Assembly: GCA_030704615.1 (NCBI GenBank)
Contig: CM060731.1
Location: 44,702,001 to 44,766,000, forward strand
Source of the DNA: Takakia lepidozioides
Lineage: Eukaryota; Plantae; Bryophyta
Reading direction: 5' to 3'
Length of the DNA stretch: 64,000 nucleotides
Made by a program: the position numbers and the translations under genes. Positions 25,527 to 37,867 of the stretch are shown here, piece by piece; within the stretch, counting starts at the first letter, position 1; every line of letters begins with the position of its first letter. The notes under the pieces are model-generated. The model had not been told where the DNA came from and searched no databases. It saw only the letters and a program-made list of their open reading frames with translations.

Positions 25527-25740
25527 ATGGAGACTCATTGGGTGCATGTGCAAGTGAGAGAAATTGACAGGACCGATGTATTTCTTTTACATGTATCTGA
25601 TGACTCCCAGGGGCTAGATGTTGTAATGAAATACGATCCAACAATGGTGCATATGGCGAGGTCCGGCCGGTTACTGGAGGGGAGCCTTCTGCGCGTCTTT
25701 CAGTACTCTGTTTCTATTTTGACGCCCTCGACAATAAAGT
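25527..25740 (+). pseudogene. Exon resembling the RPA70 N-terminal OB fold
   Basis: 'VHVQVREID...FLLHVSDD...MVHMARSGRLLEGSLLRVFQY' resembles Rep-A_N (LQV...RLVLSDG...LV.SG.L..GS.V.L..Y). A possible next exon 'RLLLIWRCALV' lies at ~25834. Confidence 0.4.
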
Positions 25741-27201
25741 ACGCATTTGCCAAGCACTTTGCCACACGGAAAGCAATATGAGCTGTTACTGGTACTTGAA
25801 TCCTTAACCTAGATGTGGTGAATTGTGCGCGCAGACTACTTCTGATCTGGCGATGTGCCTTGGTGAATGCACCTGCGTTGGACGTGGACAGGGAAAATCA
25901 GGAGCATGGTGCCAATCTGCGAGTGCCACATTTCTGTGTTGTTTGCCTTCAATATCAAAATTGATTGCCTCTTCCTAGTTTGTAAAAGTTCTGTAAACCT
26001 TCAATGTTGACTTGGAAGGGCCTACTAAATTGTTAGGGTCATGAGCACCACTGTCTATCCAATGCAGACTAATGTACACACTACTCAATATACTCCGATG
26101 TGGGTCTCAACAGCAGAAAAGTAACCCAGTACTGTTCACAAGGTCCCTTTTGGCAGTCTTTCCATTGGGCCTTTCATTCCGACGTTGCATTCAAAGTCAT
26201 GGCCAGTCGAACAGTTTCGAACGGTTTGCTTACAAGTTTTACCGCCCCTTCATCTCTCATTGATCTCATCGATCGTGGATCTTCTTCCCTGCAGCCGCAC
26301 GGTAGACTTCATTGAGGTGAACATAAGCTAATATAATATTCAGCAGCAACCGATAGATGGACATCGTTCGTCGCGGCTTATAAGTTAGCACTTGCTTTTG
26401 TGACTGTCTAGGCACACATAACGTAGTTTTGTGACAGATTCGATTCTCAGAGGATGAAAAGGTTGCAGGCGAGGCAGTCATTTCTGACAACATGGGATCG
26501 GGACTCTATGCGACCACCCCACACAAACCTCATCTTGAGGTCTAGAGATTCTGGAGAGGTCAATGAACACAGAGCTGTCCTGGTATTCTTTTCTTACAAG
26601 TATTTCGAATAATAATGCTTATTATACTGGATGGGACATATCACTGCGCACATGTTGTTGACACTGTATGTGAACTTCATCCAGGGACTGGCGAGGTCCG
26701 CGCAAATATTTATGTTTCTTAGCATCCAGATCATATATTGGCAATGATCAGTTCTTTGGTGAGAAGTATGACCCACAAGTAATCCAGGTCCTAGCAAGGG
26801 AGTTCTGTTGATCCGTGCGTACAATCAACTGTAAATTTATGTGTAGAATGGAAATTGCCCTGAGAATCATCTTACGATCATCTTGGTTGGTATGTCGCTG
26901 CATGTAATATCACATTTGCTAGCAAAAGTTATGAAGTATGCTCAGAAGTATGTTGTTGTGTTGTAGATGGAACGTAGTTGTCATGGATTCAGCGACGCAC
27001 GGTGCTACTTCCCACCTGCCACTCCTACCGTCTTCAGGATTGTTTTGACATCTTCTCCATCTCAATTCCCTGGCCTCCACCTAATCATCGCTGTTACCAA
27101 ATGACCTTTTGTTCCCCTCTTCCTAATATTTACGAGAATATTTAATGAGTGAGTTAATGTCTTTATTTCGTTCTCTCATATGTGCAAATTCATGTTCGCA
27201 G

Positions 27202-27415
27202 GTGGGCAAGTCCAAAGTGTTTAAGGCTATGTTTCTGCACGAGATGGAAGAATCACGCACAGGAGTGGTGAAAATGGAAATGGAGCATCTGGTCCTTGAA
27301 GCATTTGTTAACTTTTTTTACACAGGTCATGTGGAAGCTGACATCATGGACGAGCACCTGTTTCAGCTCCTGGGAGCTGCAGAAATGCATGAGCTGAGTT
27401 TGTTGAAGTCTCATT
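27202..27415 (+). pseudogene. BTB/POZ-domain exon truncated by a Copia insertion
   Basis: After a CAG acceptor: 'VGKSKVFKAMFLHEMEESRTGVVKMEMEHLVLEAFVNFFYTG...LLGAAEMHELSLLKS'; the LTR starts at 27416. Confidence 0.85.
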
Positions 27416-28017
27416 TAAAGTGGATCAAGTAAGGAAAGCTTACTGTCAAAAAGGTCTGACTTCCAACTTTCTAAGAGCTCATTATGTACTGAAGCTCTAA
27501 ACATCTCTGCAGGGAAGTCCAAGTTCTCCCTTGGATGGTCAAGCCTGCATAGAGTGGGGCCGCAACTAAGCGTGGTGGTCATCATAGATCGCTAAGCTTA
27601 ACTGGGCTCACCACTATGCAGGGTGGCTTCTAACCTACGTGCTAAATATTAAACATAGTAGTAGCATCTAAGAGTACCATCTAAGAGTTAATCCTACTTG
27701 ACCATGTTTGTGATCTCCATCTCCAACACCTCCCCTTGAACTTTAGAAGCTTGATAGCCCGCTGCAACTTCAAAGTGAGTATAATGTCAACGATGGTGTT
27801 CTCCAAAATAGATCTGCTCAGTGTTAAGAGAGTAGAATGTTTAGCCATCGGAGAAACATTATGCTGCGATTTGTGGACAAGTTTCCTCCTTTTAGACCCA
27901 GACAGCCACCAAGAAACAGACTCCCTCATAAATCAATTGTTCGCACCAAGTTGAGTTCATCTCGAAGCCTTTCGAAGAGGGTCCGACCCAATGGCTTAGT
28001 AAGAATGTCCGCCAGTT

Positions 28018-28123
28018 ATAGGGCCCACCCCTGAAAAGGGGCAGTAGCCGCAAGGCGAAGTGGCTCTCAGTTACACCGGCTTCGGCCGCGGAGTCTTCTC
28101 TCTCTCTCCGCCAGTCTTCTCTC
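28018..28123 (+). mobile_element. ~80-nt LINE-tail-derived insertion with (TC)n tail
   Basis: Flanked by TCCGCCAGTT (28008-28017 and 28124-28133). Removing it restores Copia RNase H 'DQLADILTKPL'. Homologous to 1579-1653. Confidence 0.85.
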
Positions 28124-29208
28124 TCCGCCAGTTGATCTCTAGATGGAACATGATTGATTTTCAACTCTCCTCCTGTGACTTTTTCCCTAATAAAATGGTG
28201 ACGGATACCTATGTGCTTCGTTCTGTCGTGAAAGACTGGATTTTCTGAAAGCTTGATTGCACTTTGATTGTCACACATCATCTGCGTGGGTTCTTTCTCA
28301 TCAAGGAATTGTAGTTGTGAAAGAAGCCTTCTTAACCACACCGCCTCCTTAGCACCACTAGTCATAACCATGTACTTAGCTTCTGTCGAAGACAGAGCCG
28401 TGCATGGCTGTTTCCTGCTTCCCCAAGAGATGGGACTTGAACCTAGTCTGAACAGATATCCTGTGGTGGACTTCCGATCGTTGAGGTCGCCGGCCCAGTC
28501 TGCATCTAAGTATCCAGTGAGGATGTTTGCCTCCCCTCGCTGGTAACAAATCCCCAAATCCATAGTACCTTTGATATATCTAAATAGATGTTTGATGGCA
28601 TCCATGTGTGGGGTTTGAGGTTGGTTGGAGAATCTGCTGACCATGTTCACAACGAAAGAGATGTCCGGCCGTGTTTGAGTAAGAAAATTTAACTTCCCAA
28701 CCATTCGTTGATAGAGTTGGGTGTCCACCGCTGGTGCTCCCATGTCGATCTCAAGTTTGAGCCTTGGGAGCATGGGCGTGACTACTGCATTGCATTGCCC
28801 ATATCCAAATTCTTCCAGCATTTTGGCCGCGTAGCCCCTTTGAGTCATAATGATTCCTTCAGGATGAAAGAAATACTCAAGCCCAAGAGAGTGCTTTATT
28901 AGACCCATGTCTGTCATCTCAAAGCGTTTCTTGATCTCTGATCGTATCCATTGCAACTTGTTGTCATGGTTACGAGTAAGATAAACATCATCTACATACA
29001 GCATGAGTAGGACAATTTTGTCTCCTTCTCTGAAGTAATATAAGTTTCCATCCGAGTTCGTGCGCTTCAATCCTTGTTCTTGAAGGTAATTGTCTATTTT
29101 GGTGTACCAGGCACGCGGTGCCTGACGAAGACCATACAAGGCCTTACGTAACTTGCAAACCTTGCTCTCTTTCCCCTTAGCCTCGAAGCCTTCAGGTTGC
29201 TGGATAAA

Positions 29209-29289
29209 GAGGACTCCGGCCGAAGCCGACGTAACTAAGAGCCACTTCGCCTTGCGGCTATTGCCCCCTTTCGGGGGTGGGCCCTATAA
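29209..29289 (-). mobile_element. 81-nt LINE-tail-derived insertion
   Basis: Flanked by the 12-bp duplication TTGCTGGATAAA (29197-29208 and 29290-29301). Removing it restores RT 'EEVFIQQPEGF'. Homologous to 28018-28095 and 1579-1653. Confidence 0.88.
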
Positions 29290-32200
29290 TTGCTGGATAA
29301 ACACTTCCTCTGTCAATTCACCGTTTAAGAAGGCAGTTTTGACATCTAAGTGAAATATAGGCCAACCATTCTGACCTGCTAGTGCTGTAACAACTCGCAG
29401 GGTGTTGTTCGAAGGATTGCATGACCCAAACTCACATACTCCTCATGAATCCTTGCCCTCTATGTCATCATCTATAGGTCAGTCAAGTGCAGACTTAGAG
29501 GGTAGTTCTGCCTCGACCTCCAATATGCACGGGCAACTAGAGGCAGTTCCACCAATACAGGAAGGTGTATATACACGCACTGGCCGAGCCATTCACCCTC
29601 CAAGACGATTCCATGATTTCGTGGTGGGTTTGTCTGAAGCTGTCCTAGAACCCACCACCTCTGCCGAAGCATCTCGACACCCAGGATGGGTCGACACCAT
29701 AGAAGAGGAAATGGCCTCAATTCACAAGAACGAGACCTGGACTCTTGAAGATCTGCCCCCCGGTAGACAACCCATTACCACCAAATGGATCTATAAAGTC
29801 AAAACACACGTTGATGGAACCACTGCCAAATTGAAGGCACGTTTGGTGGCTCGTGGTTTCCAACAACGAGCATGGGAGGATTTTGACGAGACCTACACAC
29901 CATCAGTACCTTCAGGTGGTTCTTGGACTGGTGAAGGCTCCAAAATATCAGGAGACTCTTGTTGTGGGAGCTCCCTCCGTGGTCCGTCCGGCTGGCTATC
30001 GGCTGGCCACGAGAAATGAATGTTGTGATCTTCAAGTGGTTGTGTCAACAGCAACTATGACACTCGCAAGTGGTTGTGTCAGCCGGACACTCGCAAGTGT
30101 TTGACATCAGGCAGGGCTCTAAATAATTTTTGGTGTGGTGTGATGCCATTGTTTGCCCTGGTAGGAGAAATATTGACAAGGTAATTTGTCGTGCTGACAG
30201 TCTCTACCCAAAGACGTGCTGGAAGATGGGCCCCGAAGGCCAAGCTCCTGGCTCGCTCTATCAAGGTTCGGTTCTTCCTCTCTGCGACCCCATTTTGATG
30301 CGGGGTATTAGATTGGGTGAATTGTCGTGTTATGCCATGATCTGCACAAAAATTTGAGAATGCAGTCAAGCAGTACTCCCCACCTTTGTTTGATCGCAAC
30401 ACTTTGATAGTGCGTCCAAACTGTTTCTCAACTCTGGACTTAAATTGCTTGAACAAGATGAAGGTGTCACTTTTTTTCCGAAGGAAGAAGACCCAACAGT
30501 ACCGACTCAAACGTCTCAAATTTTTTGTCAACATCATTGAAGACAGTAGCGATGAGGAGATCGATAATTTTCAGGAGTGCAATGATGCTCCCACTGACAA
30601 TCTGGCTGCAGATATCCTCGAGCTCAACGTAGCTCAGTACCGCGATGCATCTGATTGGTATGTGGATAGCGGGGCTACTAAGCATGTCTCGGGCAATGAC
30701 AGTCTTCTATCCAATATCAAAAAGGGAGAAGGAAAATCCAAGGTCAAAACTGCTGGAGGCTTGTACCACCAAGTAGCCGGGAAAGGCAATATTGTGATTC
30801 TTGTCAAGAATGATGCAATAAAAGAAGAAGTTTTGTATGTCCCGAGTGTATGCAAGAATTTGCTATCTGTTGGTACCTTGACTGACAAAGGATTTAGACT
30901 TCTCTTTGACGAAAAGAATGTTTACTTGCTGAATGTTGGCCTTGAGGTACTCGGTAAAGGAATTCGTGATCTATCGAATGGCCTTTACAAACTATCGGTG
31001 TTGAATGAATCATTCGTAGGCACAGTGGAAAGTAGCACGGACCTCACACGGATCTGGCATCACCAGTTGGGCCACTTGAATTATAGGAGTCTGAATTTCT
31101 TATCGCAGAAAGGTCTTGCCGTCAATCTTCCTCAAAATCTACCCATGAGCCATGATGTCTGTCATGCATGTGCGCTTGGAAAACAAAGTCGGGAGAAAGC
31201 TCCAAAGAAGAGTCTTCACATGAGTTCATCGCCTCTTGATATGATCCACACTGATCTCTGTGGACCATTGTCCACACCCTCTCTCTCTGGAGCTTTGTAT
31301 GTTCTTACATTTGATCTCATTTGATCTCATTTGACAATTCAGCGCAATCGCGCATCCAATGATCAGGTTTGCCGCAGAAGTTGCAGCTCCCCTCACGCTT
31401 GGCAGTGGCCCCCTTCCGATATTTATTGTCGGTGGGCTGGCTCTTGTTCCTTGCGAATTTAGACTTGATCAGCAAAGCCTCAGGGTCAGTTTTTTTTCCA
31501 CGAGCCTCCCAAATTTCTCGTTTGGCTTCGTCCAATAGAAGAATACCAATCAATTCATTGAGCGTTGGAAGTTCAGGTCGGTAGATCAAGGTGCATGCTA
31601 GTGATTCCAAGCTCTCAGGTAGAGAATTCAGAATCTGCTCCACCAGGTCCTCTTCACGGACAGGTTCCCCGATGTTGGCTAGCTGGTTGATAATCTCTTT
31701 GAGTTGCTTGATGAACTCTATCACCAATCCGCCATTCTCCAGTCGAATGTTGGTGAGGCGGCTCTTGAGCAATAGACGACGTGCTTCGCTTTTCTGCTCA
31801 TATAGGTCCTTCAAAGTCTGCCACATGAGCGCTGGATCTGTGATCCTTGCGATGTGTGGAATAATTTCATCTCACACAGAGAGACTGATTATCGCCAATG
31901 CTTTCTTCCGCCTACGTTCGTAGTCAGTGGCGGACTCTCCTTCCCTCTCTTGGAATTCTCCCTCGGCATTGGGCTCTAGGATGTCTATCAGTTCATCCCT
32001 TTGTAACAAGCTGGAAACACGGACCTTCCAGGTATTATAGTTGGAAAGTCCACCTAGCTTTGAGACCTCTGATACACTGCTTTCCCCGTGGGCCATGCTA
32101 ACACTCTCACAAATACTATGGAGTTACACTGTTGTTACTGTCACCTAGCAAAAGTGCTATCCGAAGTCCTAACGTTCAGCAAAGGGTCCCACTATTAGCT

Positions 32201-34025
32201 TGCTCTGATACCATAAAGTGGATCAAGTAAGGAAAGCTTACTGTCAAAAAGGTCTGACTTCCAACTTTCTAAGAGCTCACTATATACACTGGGCCGCATG
32301 TATTCAGGCTACTCATGAACTCCTTACGCTCCATCTACACGTTTTTTACCCGTCTGGCAAACCCAGAACAGTACGTGTGTGTGCACAAATTCTTTGAAAT
32401 GCAGCACATATTTCCAAGCGAATTCGTGATTTTGGAGTATCACTTGGAACGTGTCCGTCTGCACCGTCTCTTGCAAAGCGTTGTGTTGGTTGCATCGTTC
32501 ACGTCACCACATACTCTCCTTATCTTCTCTATGCTCATTTCTCAGTAGCCTCTTTGCAGCAATCTCTCTGTCAATTACATATTTCACACTCAGATCATTA
32601 ATTAAGTTATGATCGATAAATTTATTAAGGGAAGATTATGGCCGATAAAAAAGTTGTGGGCGCATCGTTGAAGCAAGCGAAGTGGGCAGACTTAGCCAAG
32701 AGTGTGGATGCGTGATGTAGAAATGAGAAGACTCTTAAAACCGAGGAGCAGTGCCGCATGAAAGTTGACAACTTGAAGAAAGGTTATCGATAGCTTTGAA
32801 ACTTTCTTGACGATTAGACTGTAAAGAATTTTTTCATAATGCCAGCTGGTTTGTTCTTTTGCAAGATGGCTTAGGCTAGGGACATACACAAGACAAGAAA
32901 TAAGGGTGTTGTCCCTTAGCTGTCATGAATGATAGCACTACAAGTGTTATTGGCTTTGTAAGAATGAAGGAGCTTAGCTCATGAGTACCGTGTTACTTTG
33001 CAGTATTAAGTTAAGTTGGTAACGTTCCCTACAAATGGCCTTGGTTTGAGGTCTGGGACGATCTGATAGGTGACACTCCTAAGCAATCACGGATTGGCTC
33101 TGGTCAGAAGCAACGCTACCTAACTTAGTACGTTCCCCTACCCAAGGGTGTATCGTGAAATTTCCATATTAGGGTAGTGGGGATCTCCTCTGTTCCCTAG
33201 TTGTTGCAATCTTCTTTGTCCTTTATCTTCTAAATCTACCCTAGAGGCCGCTCTATTTCGACGGACCCTGCCGGAATCATTAAATACATGCAGGTCGCCA
33301 GGTCCGGCAGGCTTAATGACAATATTAATTATTTCGTTCAAGCTTCATCCAATTTTTCAGGAATTTGGCACCCCGGGTATTTTTTCCATTAAAGTAGGTG
33401 AGCAATGTCAAGATTCACTTACAGTTGACATTCTCTCTGGCAAGTCATAATTATGGTTAGCCATAACTCTCAAGCCATAGTCATGGCTAGTGGTAAATAT
33501 TTTTAATAAATCTCAAACTTTGTTTTTATTATTATTTGGACAGAATTTTAAAATATTTGTTCTCTCTTAAAGTGAATTAATTAAAGACGAAATAGAGCGA
33601 CCTCTACGGTATTCTCTTAGTGCCGTTGGGCTTTACCAATTACCCCCTCCTAGTGATGGTTTCTGTTGTCAGGTCCAGTTTTTCACTTCATCTCTCAAAT
33701 GCATTTATGTGTCGATTGATCGTCTGGTCGGCTGACTGGTTGGTTCATCCAGCCAATGGGCATTGTTTTTTTGTGGTCATTCCTGACCAAGATTTGAATA
33801 GTTAGTGGTTTTCTCTTAGAAGTACCAGCTTATTTGAAAGTAAGACATTGGGTGGTAACTTCAATGTAAACTTCTCTAGTTAGTTACATGTGACCAACCA
33901 AATTATGTCCACCTAGAGTTCAATGGCTTCTGTATTGGGGTCTGTGCAGGGATCTCACCAAGTCTGCATCTTAAAGAAATTGGCAAGGGTGATGAATTTA
34001 CAGGGATGTGGTGGGGCAGGCAGTG

Positions 34026-35660
34026 ATGGCAGGGTCTTTGGAGGGATGGTATAGTTGCCCTCCTTACCGACTTTTAGAAGACGAGATAGCACGAAAGTTT
34101 GCTAAAAAACTGGCCTCCTTCGAGTTTACAGCAGCCACTCTCCTAGAAATGTCGGACAGTCAGCTTGATGAAATCTTGGTGAAAGTGTTCCCAGAGGCTG
34201 CTATCGCAGCTAGACTTCGGTTCAAGGCTGCCATCCAATCCCAGAGAAGGAAGGTTGCTCCAGGTACCATTGTATCCTCTTGCATCGGGTGGCCGAAGAG
34301 ATAGTCACTCAGGTGCCTCTATTGGGTGATTTGGAATTGCGGCTGTTGAGTTGAACTTCTCTTGTGGGACTGTACCATTTGCAGATGAAGGTGGACCCAC
34401 TAAGAGAGCAAAGATTTCTAGAATGGCAATCACCAAGGATTTAGGTGTGTTACTTCTCTGTCACAACTTTGTGTCATTTTCCACAATGTTTTTGGCATTG
34501 TAATGCACTGTGCCTAATTGCCCCTGGTACTGTTGGGGAGTAGGATACTATGTTTCCTTCTTTCAAAGCACGCATGGATCTCTTTGGCACCAAAGAAGAG
34601 AGACCTACTGATCGTGCACATTTTGCTACTAATTAGCGAGGTGAGCATCTTCCAACCTTGATTTTGTTGTGTGCCCATACTTTAACAGTTGAAGAGGTGC
34701 TGCAAAAAATTTGGGAGCAACAGAAAGATGATATTGAAGGTCTCTTGAAGCGACATGGTCAGTTTTTACCGACCCACCTGTATGAACATTGCAAGGTATA
34801 GGTCACAACTATCAAAGATGCACCATGTTGTTGTGGCACAGATTAGTGCAAGGGGAAAAGATCTTGAAAGGGGATGACTTGTTTCAAATTGTGGAGGCCA
34901 ATAAACCCAACCTAACACTGCTTTTAGGGGTCTGCGGATGTGGAAAGACCAGGACACTTTTGGAAATTCTTTCAAGGAGTTTTGGTTTTTTTTGGTGGGA
35001 TCTAGCGAAAGAAATGGCGGTTCAAACGATCTGCAAGAAATTGCTAATCGACTAGACGTGATGCAAAATTTTGATTGTGGTTACAGCAGTATTGAGCAGA
35101 GCGTATTTGCTCAGAAAATGCTTGGAGCTAGAGGAAAATCTCACACCTCTTGATTGGCTCTTTATGCAAATCCAATTTTGAAAGTTCGATGTGGGTGACA
35201 TTTTTTTTCCCCTTACTATGGATCTGTTTGAATTGGTTGTTGATGCCCCTCTGAATGTCGTACATATCCTTGGATATAGTCGCCTGGTTGAGAAGATCCA
35301 AAGAAAAGATTCGTGTAGCAGCAAGCTTTTGTTTGTAACGCCTAAGCTCTTGTCAACAAACTGAAGAACAAGTTTGCATCCAATGCTGATGCCAGAAAAC
35401 CCTTTCTCTCTCCAGTAATTGACACCTTGAGACGGATCTCAAGTGCCTCAACAGCTGCCTGCATAATATCTGGAACGGGTACCTTCATGATTGTGAAGAC
35501 ACAAAATATTATGGGAAGCAGCATTGCCAAAGAGATCAACAGTTCTATTCTGTCTTTGACAATTTCGGGTTTGAGAACATAGAAAGACCATGGCTTATGT
35601 GGAGAAGTTTTTCAATGTTAAGGATGCACTGAAATTGAATCATACTGGTCAGTCAACATG
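34026..35660 (+). pseudogene. Crinkler-like gene: SAM-like header plus P-loop CR-NTPase
   Basis: Exon 1 'KFAKKLASFEFTAATLLEMSDSQLDEILVKVFPEAAIAARLRFKAAI' is SAM-like. Later come 'LLLGVCGCGKTRTLLEILSRSFGFF/LVGSSERNGGSNDL' and 'KFASNADARKPFLSPVIDTL...IISGTG'. Several frameshifts and stops. Confidence 0.6.
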
Positions 35661-37867
35661 GAATTTTACCTTGCCATTGTATTAGACACTCGAAGAAATA
35701 GATGACTGATTAGACTCTGTGACCAACTTTGTGATCAGGCTATAAACATCACACTCACCCTCCAGTGTTGAGCATCTAAAACCATAACGGACTAAACCCC
35801 AAAGATCTGAACCACAAATAGGCACAAGAAGAGAAAGACAAGGATGGCAAAACATGGGGCACACCTCTGCCAGGAACCTAAGATGGATGCAACACTGACT
35901 GAAGAAAAAGAGAGGGAATCTGAAAACCTTCAAAACCCTAAATGCACTCGCTCTTTGGTGTAGAGATCTAAGCAATGGCGTACAAACCTGATTATGGAGA
36001 ACACATAGCAAGTTTGCCAACATACAAGAAGAGCAGATTGAGTAACTTGAGCTAGGAAATTGCAAGAAGAAATCAAAACCCTAACCAAGATCTGAAACCC
36101 TAATGAAAAGATCAACTGCACCAAGGTTGCACGATAAGGTACTCTAGAGTGACCAGGAGCTTTGTGATCACAACCTGAATATCACAATAAAAGGACTTTC
36201 AAAAGGAGAATCCTCGTCCACCCACAATATCTTCCATACAAAATGTTTCCTGAGCAGATATGAGTGATTAAGGGAAGATCCTCAAAGGAGGTATACCTGC
36301 AGGAGCTCTCAAGAGGTCTGCTGCTTCAAGTTTTCTTGCACCAAGGAGACCCAGAAAGGACTTAATATCTTCAAAGGGTTAGTAACTTAAAGTCCCTTCT
36401 ATTAGTCTTGACCTTCTGCGCAGCTAGCGCCACCACGATTTCAGACTTATGCGCTTCTGTTGTGTCAAGTCTGGCAATGGCCAACTCCATGTTTGCCATC
36501 TTGAAGGAAGCAAGGAGAAGAAATGCAAGGCGGACAGAAAGAGCAGCTACCTACCTCATGCAGGATGAGAGAGAAAGGGCTTGACCTGCACCCTTGAACA
36601 CCAGCAGTGATAGAACAGAGGACTCTCAAACCTTTGGCCAACCCTTTACCAAACCCTTGCACAGAAGTATTTCACTAAAGTGAAGGAATTGAATTTTTTA
36701 CTGTTTACATGGGGTACTTTCCCATTGCCCTTTATCCCTCCCTATATACCTACATCACCAATACTCATACCAATATCCAACTTCTCTAACGCCGTGTATG
36801 TTCGTATGTTCAGGGGCAGGAGAAGTGTATTAAATGTACCCTAGATGTCTGGTTCATGTCCGGGTCTCGGATTTTACCAACCCAGGCACATATCTAAAGC
36901 CAGCAATGCAGACAGAACTCACATGCACCTACAAAGCCATTTGGTGTCACAAGTTTCCCACACTGACTGGAAATTTGTGAGGAATACATGTCTTTCCATG
37001 CAGAACCAAATCGATATGGTCCCAACAAATTAGTATTCAAACAATCAGTACATGACACAAACAGGTAACTGGAATGGGGAGCAATAGGAAAGTGTACCAA
37101 GGGAGCATATTGTTCTCCAAAACAGGCAGCATGCCCAGATGGTCGCATATTCTCAAAATCACTTCCACTTCTATGTGATAGGGAGACCCCAAAATTCTTA
37201 ATGGAGGCCCCGAAGAACTGCTGTTCTCCACGAAAACAAGTCTGAAGCACCAATTTGGCGCCTGGATTTCCATGGCCAGCAAATCCCTCCAAACAGTGCA
37301 ACCATGGCTAGGTAAGAGCTCAATGGTTCTCTCGTGATCACATACCCTACAATGTAACAGCTAGGCCTTCAGAGGTCTCAGACACAAGGGCAGACAGCAG
37401 ATATGGTGATGCTAACTTCTCAACTGGCCAACCACAGCATTGGGTCCCAACATCTGTGCAAACCCTCAGACACGCAAGATATTCAAATTGATAAGGGATT
37501 GACCGTCATCCGCTACTATTCTCTGCGACAATAGATACAAAGATGTACAAACCCACCCTAACCTGGACACAGAGACGTCGCATCAAGCGTTGGAAGCATG
37601 GAAAGATGGCCTTTGACCACCTCTCTTACATAACGGAAAGTGACAGCTGCACTGCAGCCACAGAGACACACTCAACTTTCCAAAACAAATAACCACAGAG
37701 AGAGGACCACTATTGATGTGCACCTAAATTGGTGCTTTGAGCATGCTAGATGGGGTCCTACCTGCTTCTGCTTGTCAATTTCCTCCACAAGCTACCAATC
37801 CTAATAGATGGGAAATAACTAAGCATCACGCACAAGAGAAAGTCCCCCATAACATTTTCCAACAGTG

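Larger units (their letters stand above)
27416..32287 (-). mobile_element. Ty1/Copia LTR retrotransposon, rearranged; 5' LTR truncated
   Basis: 3' LTR at 27416-27728 next to a PPT (27729-27739). Only ~70 bp of the 5' LTR remain (32214-32287), next to PBS TGGTATCAGAGC. gag, protease, integrase, RT (LYVDD) and RNase H are all present, but two segments lie on the + strand. Confidence 0.93.

Noticed and set aside
33139-33379. Possible MITE with TACCC..GGGTG / CACCCCGGGTA ends
   Set aside because: The inverted repeats are too short and imperfect to support a call.
35678-36840. LTR-like insertion truncating the Crinkler-like gene
   Set aside because: No paired LTR, PBS or TSD could be identified.
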